A DNA stretch of 61,820 nt, from the NCBI GenBank assembly GCA_045632975.1, contig JAZQXR010000024.1:1-61820 (forward strand). The letters are read 5' to 3'. A program made the translations under genes and the position numbers. Numbering within the stretch: the stretch's first letter is position 1; each line of letters begins with the position of its first letter. Below, piece by piece: positions 37,128 to 46,951 of this stretch. This DNA comes from Rikenellaceae bacterium. Lineage in GTDB: Bacteria; Bacteroidota; Bacteroidia; Bacteroidales; Rikenellaceae. The notes under the pieces were generated by a model that searched no databases, was not told the DNA's origin, and was given only the letters and a program-made list of their open reading frames with translations.

Positions 37128-37138
37128 TCTACCTCTCG

Positions 37139-38035
37139 ATGAGAAAACTCGCATATATATTGACTGCAATCGTGGCGTTGGCCGCTGTGGGGTGTCGTAA
37201 GGGCGCCCCGCAGGAGCCCGCACGCGAACGTGCCGAGGTGCAGTTCGCCGCATCGCCCGACCTGACAGTCACATATACCCGTGCCGACCAATCCATGTTC
37301 AACGGCATGGTTGGCGCAATCAACGCCGTGGACGGATGGGAGTTCTCGCCCGAGGCGGTATCGTTCAAGGAGCTTGCGGCCAACGCCACCGAGCCCCAAA
37401 CGATGAACACCGCACCCGAGAAAATCACCGTTCCCGTGGGCGACTACACCTTTGTGAGTGCCGCCATCAGCGGAGCAGGAAGACTCGCCATCGAGGGCGA
37501 CAACATCGCAATCGAGGGTGGAAAACAGACCGCCAACAACGATGTTGTTTGGGCTTCGACCACTGCCCATGTCGTTAATCGCGAGGGCGCACCATTTGGT
37601 GTTGAGCTGGCCTACGACCACGTCTTTGCGGGCGTTGTGTTCGAGGTCGCACTCGGCGATGCAACCACAGGCGCCACCTCGGCCGAGGAGGTTGCACGCG
37701 AAGCCGTGCTCTCGGGAGTCGAGAATCTGGGACTCTCGAAGAGTGGTATGCTCAACATCCGCACCGGCCTGGCTACCGCCAACGGCAACACGCTGGGCGA
37801 GGACGAGAGTATAGCGTGGAACACCCCCTATATGGTTATTCCCACCAGCTCGGAGCCTGCGCAACTCGTTGTGAACTATCGCGGTGCAGAGTACAAAGGT
37901 ACGCTGCCCGCCAAAACCTTTACCGCGGGTGCCCGCCTCAAGATTGGCATCCGTCTGAACACCGCATCGCTCGGCTTCACCGCCACCATCAAGGAGTGGA
38001 CCGAGGTTGTGGATGATGACCTTATACTCGAATAA
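37139..38035 (+). CDS. Fimbrillin family (Mfa-like) lipoprotein
   Basis: The start is taken at MRKLAYILTAIVALAAVGCRKG. It has NNDVVWAST...AYDHVFAGVVFEV. Confidence 0.7.
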   Translation: MRKLAYILTAIVALAAVGCRKGAPQEPARERAEVQFAASPDLTVTYTRADQSMFNGMVGAINAVDGWEFSPEAVSFKELAANATEPQTMNTAPEKITVPVGDYTFVSAAISGAGRLAIEGDNIAIEGGKQTANNDVVWASTTAHVVNREGAPFGVELAYDHVFAGVVFEVALGDATTGATSAEEVAREAVLSGVENLGLSKSGMLNIRTGLATANGNTLGEDESIAWNTPYMVIPTSSEPAQLVVNYRGAEYKGTLPAKTFTAGARLKIGIRLNTASLGFTATIKEWTEVVDDDLILE

Positions 38036-38041
38036 TAAGAA

Positions 38042-39976
38042 GTGAGACGTTTCGACCCATACAAGTGGCTTCTCGGCGGTATTGTTGTGCTGCTCGCCTG
38101 CTCGTGCGGAATATCGTACAAGGCGACACGCACCAACAACATCAACCCCGCGTTGCCCCAAAAGAAGGCACCACGCATCGCGCGATTCGCACAGGACACC
38201 TCCTTTGCGGACAACTTCACCGTGTGGGAGAAGGACGACTCAACAACACTCTACATGCTCGACCGCGTGGTCGACGAAGAGACCGGCGAGGAGATGGCCC
38301 CCGTCAATATGGAGGCTATCACCGTCGTCGCAAGCAGCAAGACGGTCGTGGAGCGTCTGGGCGAGATTACCATCGACTTCAACGTGAGCATCCCGCGCTC
38401 GATGCAGGACACACGATGGTGCCTGAACTTCATCCCCGTGGCCGAGGACAACTTCGGCATACAGCAGAGGCTCGAACCCGTGATTATCAAGGGTGAGCTG
38501 TTCAGCGATGTGGAGCGCCGCCACGTTTGGCAGATGGATACCTACCTGAACAAGATTCTGGGCGAGGAGGGCGAGTCCACCACCAACACCATTCTGCTTG
38601 CCAAATACTACGAAGCGCTCAACGCACAGCCCACCGAGGCCAAACGCCGCAAGGTGCGCAAAACCTTTGAGGAGACCATCCGTTTCCCGCTCAAGACCGA
38701 GGTTCGTCTGGACTCGGTCATCCGACACAAGTCGGACATCACCTACTACTACCGTCAGACCGTCAAACCCACCTCGGGTATGCGCCGACTGCATCTGCAC
38801 TTCGACAGCACCATCGAGGCGGTCAACGGTATGACCTATCAGCTTCCCCCGTCGGACACGCTGACCTACTACATTTCGTCGATGATTTCGCTGGTCGACA
38901 CCACCATGGTCTACCGCAAGCAGATTATCTCGAAATATCTGGTCGTCAACGACCGTAACCAACTCGGTTGCCGTGTGAATGTAGTCTTCCCGCAGGCCAA
39001 ATCGACCATCATCGACACCCTGCGCGACAACCGCCAACAAATTGCGAATATCCGCACACTGATGGACTCGCTGGTCAACCACAACGAGTTCATAGTGGAC
39101 AGCATAGTACTCACCGCGGCATCGTCGCCCGAGGGCTCGTACAAGCTCAATACGGCGCTCGCCGAGAAGCGCGCAAATGCGCTCAAAGAGTACATCATTC
39201 AGAACTTCCAACGCTCGCCCGAGGACAATATCATCTTCGAGGCTGTGGGCCTTCCCGACTCGCTTGCGGGTGCGGGCGCTGCGGCCGCCGTAGCCACCGT
39301 CGATACCACCGAGGAGGAGCCCATCGACCTGCGCAAGGTGCTCGTAGTAAGGTGGATAGGCGAGGATTGGGACGAGTTTGAGTATCAGCTAAACGAGGAC
39401 TCGGTGATGCGTGCCGACCCCGCCAAAGATAAGATTATTGCACTTGCCCGCTCCATCAAGAATCCCGATGCACGCGAGGCACAAATCCGCGCCAAATACC
39501 CCGCGCAGTATAAGTATATCCTCAAGAATATCTACCCCAATATGAGGGCCGTGAACTTCAAGTACGACCTTCGCCGCCGAGGTATGGTTCAGGATACACT
39601 GATTACCGATGTGCCCGATACCACCTACCTGCGTGGCGTGGAGCTGCTCAAACAGCGCGAGTACCAAAAGGCGCTCGAAATCCTTGTCGACTACGAGACG
39701 CCCAACACCGCGCTTGTGGATATGTCGCTCGGCTATAACCATAACGCCTACGACATCCTGCGCAAGTGCCGTAACCGCTCGGCAAGCACCGAGTATATGT
39801 TTGCAATATGCTGCTCGCGCCTGGGCAAACTGCGCGAGGGCGTGGCAAGCTATAATAGAGCCGTGGCCCTGGACGAGAAACTGATGTTCCGTGCCGGCCT
39901 CGACCCCGAGATACAAGACCTGCTCTCCGAGGCCCAAGCCCGCGGAATGGAGGTAACGCTACCCGAGTATTGGTAG
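38042..39976 (+). CDS. Large pilus-locus lipoprotein with an OmpA-C-like motif and a TPR-like C-terminus
   Basis: GTG start and lipobox VVLLACSCG. The motif AASSPEGSYKLNTALAEKRANALKEYI resembles the OmpA-like peptidoglycan-binding signature. The C-terminal helical repeats are YQKALEIL...REGVASYNRAVALD. Confidence 0.6.
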   Translation: MRRFDPYKWLLGGIVVLLACSCGISYKATRTNNINPALPQKKAPRIARFAQDTSFADNFTVWEKDDSTTLYMLDRVVDEETGEEMAPVNMEAITVVASSKTVVERLGEITIDFNVSIPRSMQDTRWCLNFIPVAEDNFGIQQRLEPVIIKGELFSDVERRHVWQMDTYLNKILGEEGESTTNTILLAKYYEALNAQPTEAKRRKVRKTFEETIRFPLKTEVRLDSVIRHKSDITYYYRQTVKPTSGMRRLHLHFDSTIEAVNGMTYQLPPSDTLTYYISSMISLVDTTMVYRKQIISKYLVVNDRNQLGCRVNVVFPQAKSTIIDTLRDNRQQIANIRTLMDSLVNHNEFIVDSIVLTAASSPEGSYKLNTALAEKRANALKEYIIQNFQRSPEDNIIFEAVGLPDSLAGAGAAAAVATVDTTEEEPIDLRKVLVVRWIGEDWDEFEYQLNEDSVMRADPAKDKIIALARSIKNPDAREAQIRAKYPAQYKYILKNIYPNMRAVNFKYDLRRRGMVQDTLITDVPDTTYLRGVELLKQREYQKALEILVDYETPNTALVDMSLGYNHNAYDILRKCRNRSASTEYMFAICCSRLGKLREGVASYNRAVALDEKLMFRAGLDPEIQDLLSEAQARGMEVTLPEYW

Positions 39977-39980
39977 ATAC

Positions 39981-40103
39981 AAAATAGGAACTGCCCCGAA
40001 AGCCAATAGCCCCCCCGCTACAAGCTCCGGGACAAACAAAAGAGATTGCCCGAAAGCTAATAGCCCCCCGCTATACGGCCCGGGACAAACAAAAGAAATA
40101 GGA
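39981..40103. repeat. Two tandem ~55-bp repeats
   Basis: ctgccccgaaagccaatagcccccccgctacaagctccgggacaaacaaaaga aligns with ttgcccgaaagctaatagccccccgctatacggcccgggacaaacaaaaga. Confidence 0.8.
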
Positions 40104-40154
40104 ACATTTAAAACTTCTTCATAATCAGGAAACAACAAGTCTATTTGTTGACAT

Positions 40155-40192
40155 TCGACGGCAATCCGTGAGGACTGCCGTCGAGTGTTTTA
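40155..40192 (+). terminator. Intrinsic terminator
   Basis: tcgacggca-...-tgccgtcga followed by gtgtttt. Confidence 0.6.
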
Positions 40193-40267
40193 AAACGCAC
40201 CCGAGAAATTGTAAACAAAAATGAGATTACAACCGCCTTTTTGTTGGCTAAATCCGTTATTATTTGG

Positions 40268-40275
40268 TAACTTTG
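40268..40275 (+). promoter_or_regulatory. -7 promoter box TAacTTTG upstream of the PAP2 gene
   Basis: Matches TAnnTTTG 10 nt before the ATG at 40285, which implies a very short leader. Confidence 0.4.
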
Positions 40276-40284
40276 CAAGGTATT

Positions 40285-41130
40285 ATGAACTTGACTAAAA
40301 ATATCATACAAGCTACACTGCTGTGTATCAGTCTTTTCGCGTGCGTTGCGCGCGCGAATGCAGGTACGTGCGCACGTAAAGACGACTCGCTCAAACTCCA
40401 ACGAACCATCAACCACTCGCACTGGTCGTCGCGCTATGTGGAGTATAACGACCGAGGCAGTAAGTTCCGCGTGGCACAACTCGTGGCCCCCGTGGCACTG
40501 ATTGGCGCCGGCTCGGTCATCATGGCCACCCCCGCGCTGCACAAAGCTATCGACGCCCCCGTGCATAACTACATATCGGGCCGAGACCTCAAGGAACCCG
40601 CGGGCGACTACCTCCAATACCTGCCTATGCTGGGCGCCTATGGCCTCAACCTGGCGGGCTATCGCGGCAAACATAGCTACCTGGACGCAACGGTGATTCT
40701 GGCAACCTCGTATGCCACTATGGGTATCTTGGTCAATGGTATCAAATACTCGGTCCGCCGCCCCCGACCCGATAATGGCCGCCGTAACTCATTCACCTCG
40801 GGCCATACGGCAACAGCATTCATGGGCGCGGAGTTCCTGCGTAGGGAGTATTGCGAACGCTCGCCGTGGGTCGGCGTTGCGGGCTATGTCGTAGCTACGG
40901 GCGTGGGCGTGAGCCGCATCATCAACGACCGCCATTGGGTGAGCGACGTGATTGCAGGCGCAGGTGTGGGTATATTGAGCGTGCAGGTGGCATATTGGCT
41001 CTTTCCGCCGCTCCAACGCCTCATCTATGGCGTCCGCAAAGATGGCACACCGCGCAAGGATGTTGCGATGTCGGCCTCGCCGTGGTGGAATGGCGAGCAG
41101 GCAGGCGCCTCGTTGAGCCTCTGTTTTTAA
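40285..41130 (+). CDS. PAP2 family (phosphatidic acid / undecaprenyl-PP type) phosphatase
   Basis: The three PAP2 motifs are KYSVRRPRP, SFTSGHT and SRIINDRHWVSDV. A signal-like N-terminus begins at the ATG at 40285. Confidence 0.85.
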   Translation: MNLTKNIIQATLLCISLFACVARANAGTCARKDDSLKLQRTINHSHWSSRYVEYNDRGSKFRVAQLVAPVALIGAGSVIMATPALHKAIDAPVHNYISGRDLKEPAGDYLQYLPMLGAYGLNLAGYRGKHSYLDATVILATSYATMGILVNGIKYSVRRPRPDNGRRNSFTSGHTATAFMGAEFLRREYCERSPWVGVAGYVVATGVGVSRIINDRHWVSDVIAGAGVGILSVQVAYWLFPPLQRLIYGVRKDGTPRKDVAMSASPWWNGEQAGASLSLCF

Positions 41131-41166
41131 GGGATAAAAGATAAACAAAATAAAACAATCAAAGAT

Positions 41167-42021
41167 ATGAAACCGGAATACAAGAGTTTTGTAGAGGAGC
41201 TCATCGAGCTCGCAATTCGTGAGGATATTGGCGACGGCGACCACACTTCGCTGGCAAGCGTGCCCGAGAGCACGCGCGGACGTATGCGTCTGCTGGTCAA
41301 ACAACCCGCAATCCTTGCCGGCGTGGAGATTGCCGAGATGGTGTTCCGCCGCTTGGACTCGGAGGTCACATTCGAGAAGGTGCTGGAGGATGGCGCACAT
41401 GTCGTGCCGGGTGATGTTGCCTTCTACGTAGAGGGCAAGGAGCGCACCATGCTGCAAGCCGAGCGTATCGTGCTCAACATCATGCAACGCATGACGGGCG
41501 TGGCTACCCAAACCGCCAAATATGTGGAGTGTATCGCAGGCACAGGCTGCCGCGTGCTCGACACCCGCAAAACCACCCCCGGTATGCGCGTGCTCGATAA
41601 GATGGCCGTTAAGATTGGCGGCGGCGAGAACCACCGTATCGGCCTGTTCGATATGATTCTGCTCAAAGACAACCATATCGACTTCTGCGGCGGCGTTGCT
41701 AAAGCCATCCGCCAAGTACACGCCTACCTCGAGCAAAAGGGCAAAAAACTCCCCATCGAGGTCGAGGTTCGCACCATGGAGGATATCGACGAGGCTCTGG
41801 GTGTGGGCGGCATCGACCGCATCATGCTCGACAACTTCTCGGTGGAGCAAACCCGCGAGGCTGTGCGCAAGATTGACGGCCGCGTGGAGATTGAGTCGTC
41901 GGGCGGCATCACCTTCGACACCATCCGCGACTATGCCGAGTGTGGCGTAGACTTCATCTCGGTTGGTGCGCTGACCCACCAAATCAAGAGTGTGGATTTG
42001 AGCCTTAAAGCGTGCGAGTAA
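41167..42021 (+). CDS. nadC: Nicotinate-nucleotide pyrophosphorylase (carboxylating)
   Basis: LDTRKTTPGMRVLDKMAVKIGGGENHRIGLFDMILLKDNHI is the QPRTase core. Confidence 0.93.
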   Translation: MKPEYKSFVEELIELAIREDIGDGDHTSLASVPESTRGRMRLLVKQPAILAGVEIAEMVFRRLDSEVTFEKVLEDGAHVVPGDVAFYVEGKERTMLQAERIVLNIMQRMTGVATQTAKYVECIAGTGCRVLDTRKTTPGMRVLDKMAVKIGGGENHRIGLFDMILLKDNHIDFCGGVAKAIRQVHAYLEQKGKKLPIEVEVRTMEDIDEALGVGGIDRIMLDNFSVEQTREAVRKIDGRVEIESSGGITFDTIRDYAECGVDFISVGALTHQIKSVDLSLKACE

Positions 42022-44144
42022 TGAGAAGATTCACCCTTATGCTGGCGGCCGTGCTGATGGTCGCAACCGATATGTTCGGCAAATTCACCTATGACGACAT
42101 CGCTCGCGGCAAGTTCTCGCAACGCAGCATCTATGGCGTGCGCTCGATGGCCGATGGCGAACACTACACCTCCTCGAAGGGTGGCAAGATTATCAAGTAT
42201 GCCTATGTCGACGGCTCGGAGGTAGACACCCTCTATCATGGTGGCGTTGCGTTCTCGTCGTACAAACTCATCGAGGGCGAGAGCAAAATCCTGCTGGAGA
42301 GCGACGCCCGCTATATCTACCGCCACAGCCATACGGCTCGCTACTGGTTGGTGGATGTGGCCTCGGGCGAGTGTACGGAGCTGATAGCCGATGTTGCCGG
42401 CAAACGCGACCTCACCATTTGTGGCGGACGCGTGGCCTTTGCCTCGGAGAACAACCTCTACGTCTACACACTCGACGGACAGAAACTCTTTGGCACCACC
42501 GACGGCAAGTTCAATCACATCATCAACGGCACCACCGATTGGGTGTACGAGGAGGAGTTTGGCTTCACCCAAGCCTATGCCCTCTCGCCCGACGGCAAAC
42601 GCCTCGCATGGCTGCGCTTCGACGAGAGCCACGTTAGGGAGTACCACATGAATCGCTTCGATGGTGAGCTCTACCCCACTGTCTACTCGTTCAAATACCC
42701 CAAGGCGGGCGAACGTAACTCCATCGTCGAGCTCTATGTGGCCGACCTCGCTTCGGGCGCTGTTACCAAGATGGATACCGGCACCGAGACCGACCAATAT
42801 ATTGCACGTCTGGGCTGGACCCCCTCGGGCGAGTGCTACTTCTTCCGCCTGAACCGCCTGCAAAACCACTTCGAGGTGATGTTGGCAGACAAGAGCGCAA
42901 GCCGCGCCATCTATACCGAGAGTTCGCCCCGCTATGTGGACCGCGTGGACGACGGCACCGTTCGTTGGCTGCCCGATGGCGACCGCTTCATCGTACAGAA
43001 CGAGACCGCTGCGGGTTACTCACACCTCTACCTGTATAGCATCAGCAAGGGCTTCCTGAACGCCATTACCGCAGGTGAGTGGGAGGTTACCGCCGTGAAC
43101 GCCATAACCAAAGACCGCGTCTACTTCACCTCGACCGAGGGCGAGTGGGGTGCACTGGCTCGTGGCTTCCACAGCGTAAAACTCAATGGCAAAGGGGGTA
43201 AGACCATCCTTGCACCTACCGGCATGTACTCGATTGCCGCAGGCGAAGGCATGAAATACTTCTTGAGCTACTACTCCGACGCCAAAACCCCCAATGTAGT
43301 CACACTGCACAAGGGCTCGGGCGAGGTTATCCGCATATTGGAGGATAACGCCAAACTGCGCAATATGATTGTCGATGAGAAGATACCCACCAAGGAGTTC
43401 TTCAAAGTTCCCCTCGCCGACAAAATCGGCTACGACCTGAACGGCTACTTCAAGAAGCCCGCCGACTTTGACCCCACCAAACGTTACCCCGTGCTGATGA
43501 CCCAATACAGCGGCCCCGGCTCTCAACAAGTGAGCAACTCGTGGAGCATAGGTTGGGAGGACGCACTTGTTCAAGAGGGCTACATCGTGGTGTGTGTCGA
43601 TGGACGTGGCACAGGCTACCGTGGCGAGGCGTTCAAGAAGTGCACCTACCGCAACCTCGGCAAATATGAGGTCGAAGACCAAATCGCCGCTGCCAAATGG
43701 CTCACCACCCAACCGTGGGTTGATGCCGAGCGTATCGGTATCTATGGTTGGAGTTTCGGCGGCTTTATGGCGCTGAACTGCATCCTCAAGGGCGCCGATG
43801 TGTTCAAGATGGCGATTGCCGTAGCCCCCGTGACCTCGTGGCGCTACTACGACACCATCTACACCGAGGTGTACAACGGACTGCCCCAAGACAACGCCGA
43901 GGGTTATGACGACCCCTCGCCCATCAGCCATGCCGACAAACTGCGTGGCAAACTGCTTATCATCCACGGCTCGGCCGACGACAACGTCCACCCGCAGAAC
44001 GCTATCGAGATGGTGCGTGCACTTGCGGCCGCAGGCAAGCAGTTCGATATGATGTACTACCCCGACGCCAACCACAGCATGGCTCCGGCGCACGGCCAGC
44101 ACATCCGCTACAAGATGGTTAATTACACCCTCGAAAACCTTTAG
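42021..44144 (+). CDS. S9 family dipeptidyl-peptidase IV
   Basis: DWVYEEEF propeller motif, GWSFGGFM nucleophile elbow, and a late GSADDNVH. The ATG overlaps the nadC stop (TAATG). Confidence 0.88.
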   Translation: MRRFTLMLAAVLMVATDMFGKFTYDDIARGKFSQRSIYGVRSMADGEHYTSSKGGKIIKYAYVDGSEVDTLYHGGVAFSSYKLIEGESKILLESDARYIYRHSHTARYWLVDVASGECTELIADVAGKRDLTICGGRVAFASENNLYVYTLDGQKLFGTTDGKFNHIINGTTDWVYEEEFGFTQAYALSPDGKRLAWLRFDESHVREYHMNRFDGELYPTVYSFKYPKAGERNSIVELYVADLASGAVTKMDTGTETDQYIARLGWTPSGECYFFRLNRLQNHFEVMLADKSASRAIYTESSPRYVDRVDDGTVRWLPDGDRFIVQNETAAGYSHLYLYSISKGFLNAITAGEWEVTAVNAITKDRVYFTSTEGEWGALARGFHSVKLNGKGGKTILAPTGMYSIAAGEGMKYFLSYYSDAKTPNVVTLHKGSGEVIRILEDNAKLRNMIVDEKIPTKEFFKVPLADKIGYDLNGYFKKPADFDPTKRYPVLMTQYSGPGSQQVSNSWSIGWEDALVQEGYIVVCVDGRGTGYRGEAFKKCTYRNLGKYEVEDQIAAAKWLTTQPWVDAERIGIYGWSFGGFMALNCILKGADVFKMAIAVAPVTSWRYYDTIYTEVYNGLPQDNAEGYDDPSPISHADKLRGKLLIIHGSADDNVHPQNAIEMVRALAAAGKQFDMMYYPDANHSMAPAHGQHIRYKMVNYTLENL

Positions 44145-44197
44145 ACCAACAACAGATATACTAACTCGGGGATACTCACTTTTTAGCAACAAGACAG

Positions 44198-46705
44198 ATG
44201 TTCAAAAAAGTTTTGATTCTTTCGGCCCTGCTGGGTACACTCTTCGTAGCACAGGCTTCGACGCTCAACGCATCGAACCCCACCACAACCCAGAGCGAGC
44301 AGGCTAAACACAGCGCAACCGGCCGCGTTCTCGACAAGAGTGGCGCACCCATCGCCTATGCCAACGTAAGCGTTCGCAAAGCCTCGGGCGAGGTGGTTGC
44401 AAAAATCAGCACCATCAGTGACGACAAAGGCGTATTCACACTCGGCAAACTGCCCGCAGGTGACTACGTAGCCGTTGTGGCATTCTTGGGATTCCAAACC
44501 GCCGAAAAACCCTTCAAGGCGGGTAACCATGTGGCCAACTTGGGCGACATCACCCTTCAGGAGGATGCACAAGCCATCGACCATGTGGAGGTTACGGGCG
44601 TTCGCTCGCAGATGCAGTTCGATATCGACAAACGTGTGTTCAACGTCGACCAGAATATCGCCTCAACGGGCGGCTCGGCAAGCGACATCCTGAACAACAT
44701 CCCCTCGGTGGAGGTGGATGGCGACGGCGAGGTGAGCCTTCGTGGTAACTCGTCGGTGACGGTTTGGATTAACGGCAAGGAGTCGGGTATCACCGCCGAC
44801 AACCGCGCCCAAATCCTCGAGCAGATGCCCGCCGAGAGTATCGAGAAGATTGAGGTTATCACCAACCCCTCGGCCAAGTTCAGCCCCGAGGGCACTTCGG
44901 GTATCATCAATATCGTGCTCAAGGAGAACCGCTCAACGGGCTACTATGGTGGCGCACAAGCGTCGATTGACTCCAAGCTCGGTGCTAACGTAGGTGCCAA
45001 CATCAACGTCACCAGCAGCGTAGTAGATTTCTATGTAAACCTCGGCTACCGCCGCCATGTTCGCACCAGCAGTTCGGAGACACTCCGCAAAAACCTCGAC
45101 GCGGATGGCAACGAGCTCTCGTGGCTCAAGACCATCGGCGAGGGCGGTGGCGCCGGCAACAACGGCTTTGCACGCATGGGCGCTACGTTCCACATCACCA
45201 AGAAGGATGACCTCGGATTTGCGGGCTTCGGTATGCTAGGTAAACGAGCCAACAACGAGACCGTAACCTACGAGGGCAACATCCCCGGCTCGTACACCTC
45301 GGCCACACGTATCACCGATGGCGGACACAAGATGCGTGGCGGACACCTCGAGCTCAACTATCGCCACAAGTTCGGCACCGACCACACCCTCGACGCTATC
45401 GCAGCCTACGACGTGTGGAACATGAACAACTACAACGACTTCAGTCAAAGTTCGACCTACCCGACCTACACCACCAACTCCTACCAACGTCAGGGCGGCA
45501 AGATGAACAACGGCGGATGGACACTCCAACTCGACTATCTGAACAAGATTAGCGACAACCATCGTATCGAGGCGGGTTACAAGGGTACGCTCAACAGCGA
45601 GACGAGCCCCTCAACCTTCTCGGCAGGCGAGAGCGAAGAGACCCTCGCTCCGCTCTACGCGCTGTATAACGACTTCTTCTACAATCAGGACATCCACGCC
45701 CTCTACTTCAACTATGCGGGCAAGATTCGCCGCTTCGGCTACCAAGTGGGTGTTCGTGGCGAGCACACCTCGATGAAAACCCGCTCGCTGGGCTATGAGC
45801 CCACCCCCGAAGAGCAGAAGTGGTACACCGATGGCTACTTCAAGCTGTTCCCGAGCGTATTCCTGTCGTACTCGCTGCCGGGCGACAACGAGCTGCAAGT
45901 AAACTACACCCGCCGTATCGAGCGCCCGCGTGGCCATCAGCTCAACTCGTTCCGCAACATGAGCGACTCGACCAGCATCTCGTATGGTAACCCCTACCTC
46001 GACCCCCAAAATGCCAACGCTCTGGAGCTGAACTATATCAAGAGCTGGGAGAACCACATGATTTCGGTTTCGGCCTACTATCGCTCGACCGACGACGTTA
46101 TCCAACGCATCAACTATATGGATAAGGGTGTGATGATGAACACCTTTGCCAACGTAACCCGCCGCGAGGCCGCGGGTGTGGAGTTCGTGGCCAAAGACAA
46201 ACTCTGGGAGTGCCTCGATCTGACCACCACCATCAACCTCTACTACTCGAGCATGTCGGGCTTCGAGTACCTGCCCTATGCGGGTGCAACCCCCGTTGTG
46301 GGCAAGGGCAACAGCTCTTTTGCATGGGATGCACGCCTTGTGGCAAACCTGACCCTGCCCAAAGGCTTCTCGCTGCAAGCTACCGGAGGATATAACTCGC
46401 GCCGCGTGTCGGCCCAAGGCTACTCGCTGGGCAACTACTTTGTTGATGCCGGCGTGCGCAAGTCGTTCGGCAAGTGGTCGGTTGCGCTCAACTGCCGCGA
46501 CATCTTCAACTCGCGAGGACGCCGCAATATCACCGAGGGCGTAGGCTTCTACCAAAACTCGGAGCGCCTGTGGGGTGGCCGCCGCGTGCGACTTACCGCC
46601 TCGTACTCGTTCGGTAATATGAAACCACTCCGACCCAAGAATAACCCCAACGCCCAACAACAACCCTCAATGGGCGACGAAATGGGCGGCTACGGCGAAG
46701 AGTAA
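44198..46705 (+). CDS. TonB-dependent receptor-like outer-membrane protein with a CarboxypepD_reg N-domain
   Basis: Signal peptide. GRVLDKSGAPIAYANVSV is carboxypeptidase-regulatory-like. A plug region and long beta-barrel follow. Confidence 0.8.
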   Translation: MFKKVLILSALLGTLFVAQASTLNASNPTTTQSEQAKHSATGRVLDKSGAPIAYANVSVRKASGEVVAKISTISDDKGVFTLGKLPAGDYVAVVAFLGFQTAEKPFKAGNHVANLGDITLQEDAQAIDHVEVTGVRSQMQFDIDKRVFNVDQNIASTGGSASDILNNIPSVEVDGDGEVSLRGNSSVTVWINGKESGITADNRAQILEQMPAESIEKIEVITNPSAKFSPEGTSGIINIVLKENRSTGYYGGAQASIDSKLGANVGANINVTSSVVDFYVNLGYRRHVRTSSSETLRKNLDADGNELSWLKTIGEGGGAGNNGFARMGATFHITKKDDLGFAGFGMLGKRANNETVTYEGNIPGSYTSATRITDGGHKMRGGHLELNYRHKFGTDHTLDAIAAYDVWNMNNYNDFSQSSTYPTYTTNSYQRQGGKMNNGGWTLQLDYLNKISDNHRIEAGYKGTLNSETSPSTFSAGESEETLAPLYALYNDFFYNQDIHALYFNYAGKIRRFGYQVGVRGEHTSMKTRSLGYEPTPEEQKWYTDGYFKLFPSVFLSYSLPGDNELQVNYTRRIERPRGHQLNSFRNMSDSTSISYGNPYLDPQNANALELNYIKSWENHMISVSAYYRSTDDVIQRINYMDKGVMMNTFANVTRREAAGVEFVAKDKLWECLDLTTTINLYYSSMSGFEYLPYAGATPVVGKGNSSFAWDARLVANLTLPKGFSLQATGGYNSRRVSAQGYSLGNYFVDAGVRKSFGKWSVALNCRDIFNSRGRRNITEGVGFYQNSERLWGGRRVRLTASYSFGNMKPLRPKNNPNAQQQPSMGDEMGGYGEE

Positions 46706-46743
46706 AAAGAGAGCGTATCCTGTTTGGATACGCTCTCTTTTTA
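46705..46743. terminator. Intrinsic terminator, AGAGCGT-TCC hairpin family (compensated variant)
   Basis: aaaagagagcgtatcc-tgtt-tggatacgctctcttttt. Confidence 0.8.
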
Positions 46744-46951
46744 ATTCACAATTCACAATTAAATTGTGTGAATGCTTAAGGACATCGAGGCCAACGACAG
46801 ATGACAAAAGAGCCTTACCTCCTAATTAGTTAGAAACTGTATAACAAGAGGGATTTCAAGGCTTGCGAAGCTCGAAAAACCGGAGCATACTTGGCGTATG
46901 TGAGGATTTTGAGAGCGAGCGTAACGCAGAAATCACCTTGTTAGACGGTTT
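46743..46951. repeat. ~210-nt structured intergenic repeat element, copy A
   Basis: It aligns along its length with 51470-51680. It has the AATTCAC heptamers, a cgaggccaa-g-cagatg block, a ~19-nt long-range inverted repeat (46833-46851 with 46934-46952), and the tip hairpin catac/gtatg. Confidence 0.75.

Noticed and set aside
42019-42023. TAATG stop/start overlap between nadC and the DPP-IV gene
   Set aside because: This is a common compact gene junction. It is noted for start-site choice only and is not biologically unusual.
34526-46663. Series of long antisense ORFs (34526-35284, 35377-36099, 36965-38161, 38240-39211, 40789-41982, 41931-42869, 43020-44192, 45611-46663)
   Set aside because: Each overlaps, on the opposite strand, a gene with clear family motifs (fimbrillins, PAP2, NadC, DPP-IV, TonB-dependent receptor). 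Their compositions are Gly/Arg/Val/His-rich, as is typical of antisense frames in GC-rich DNA.
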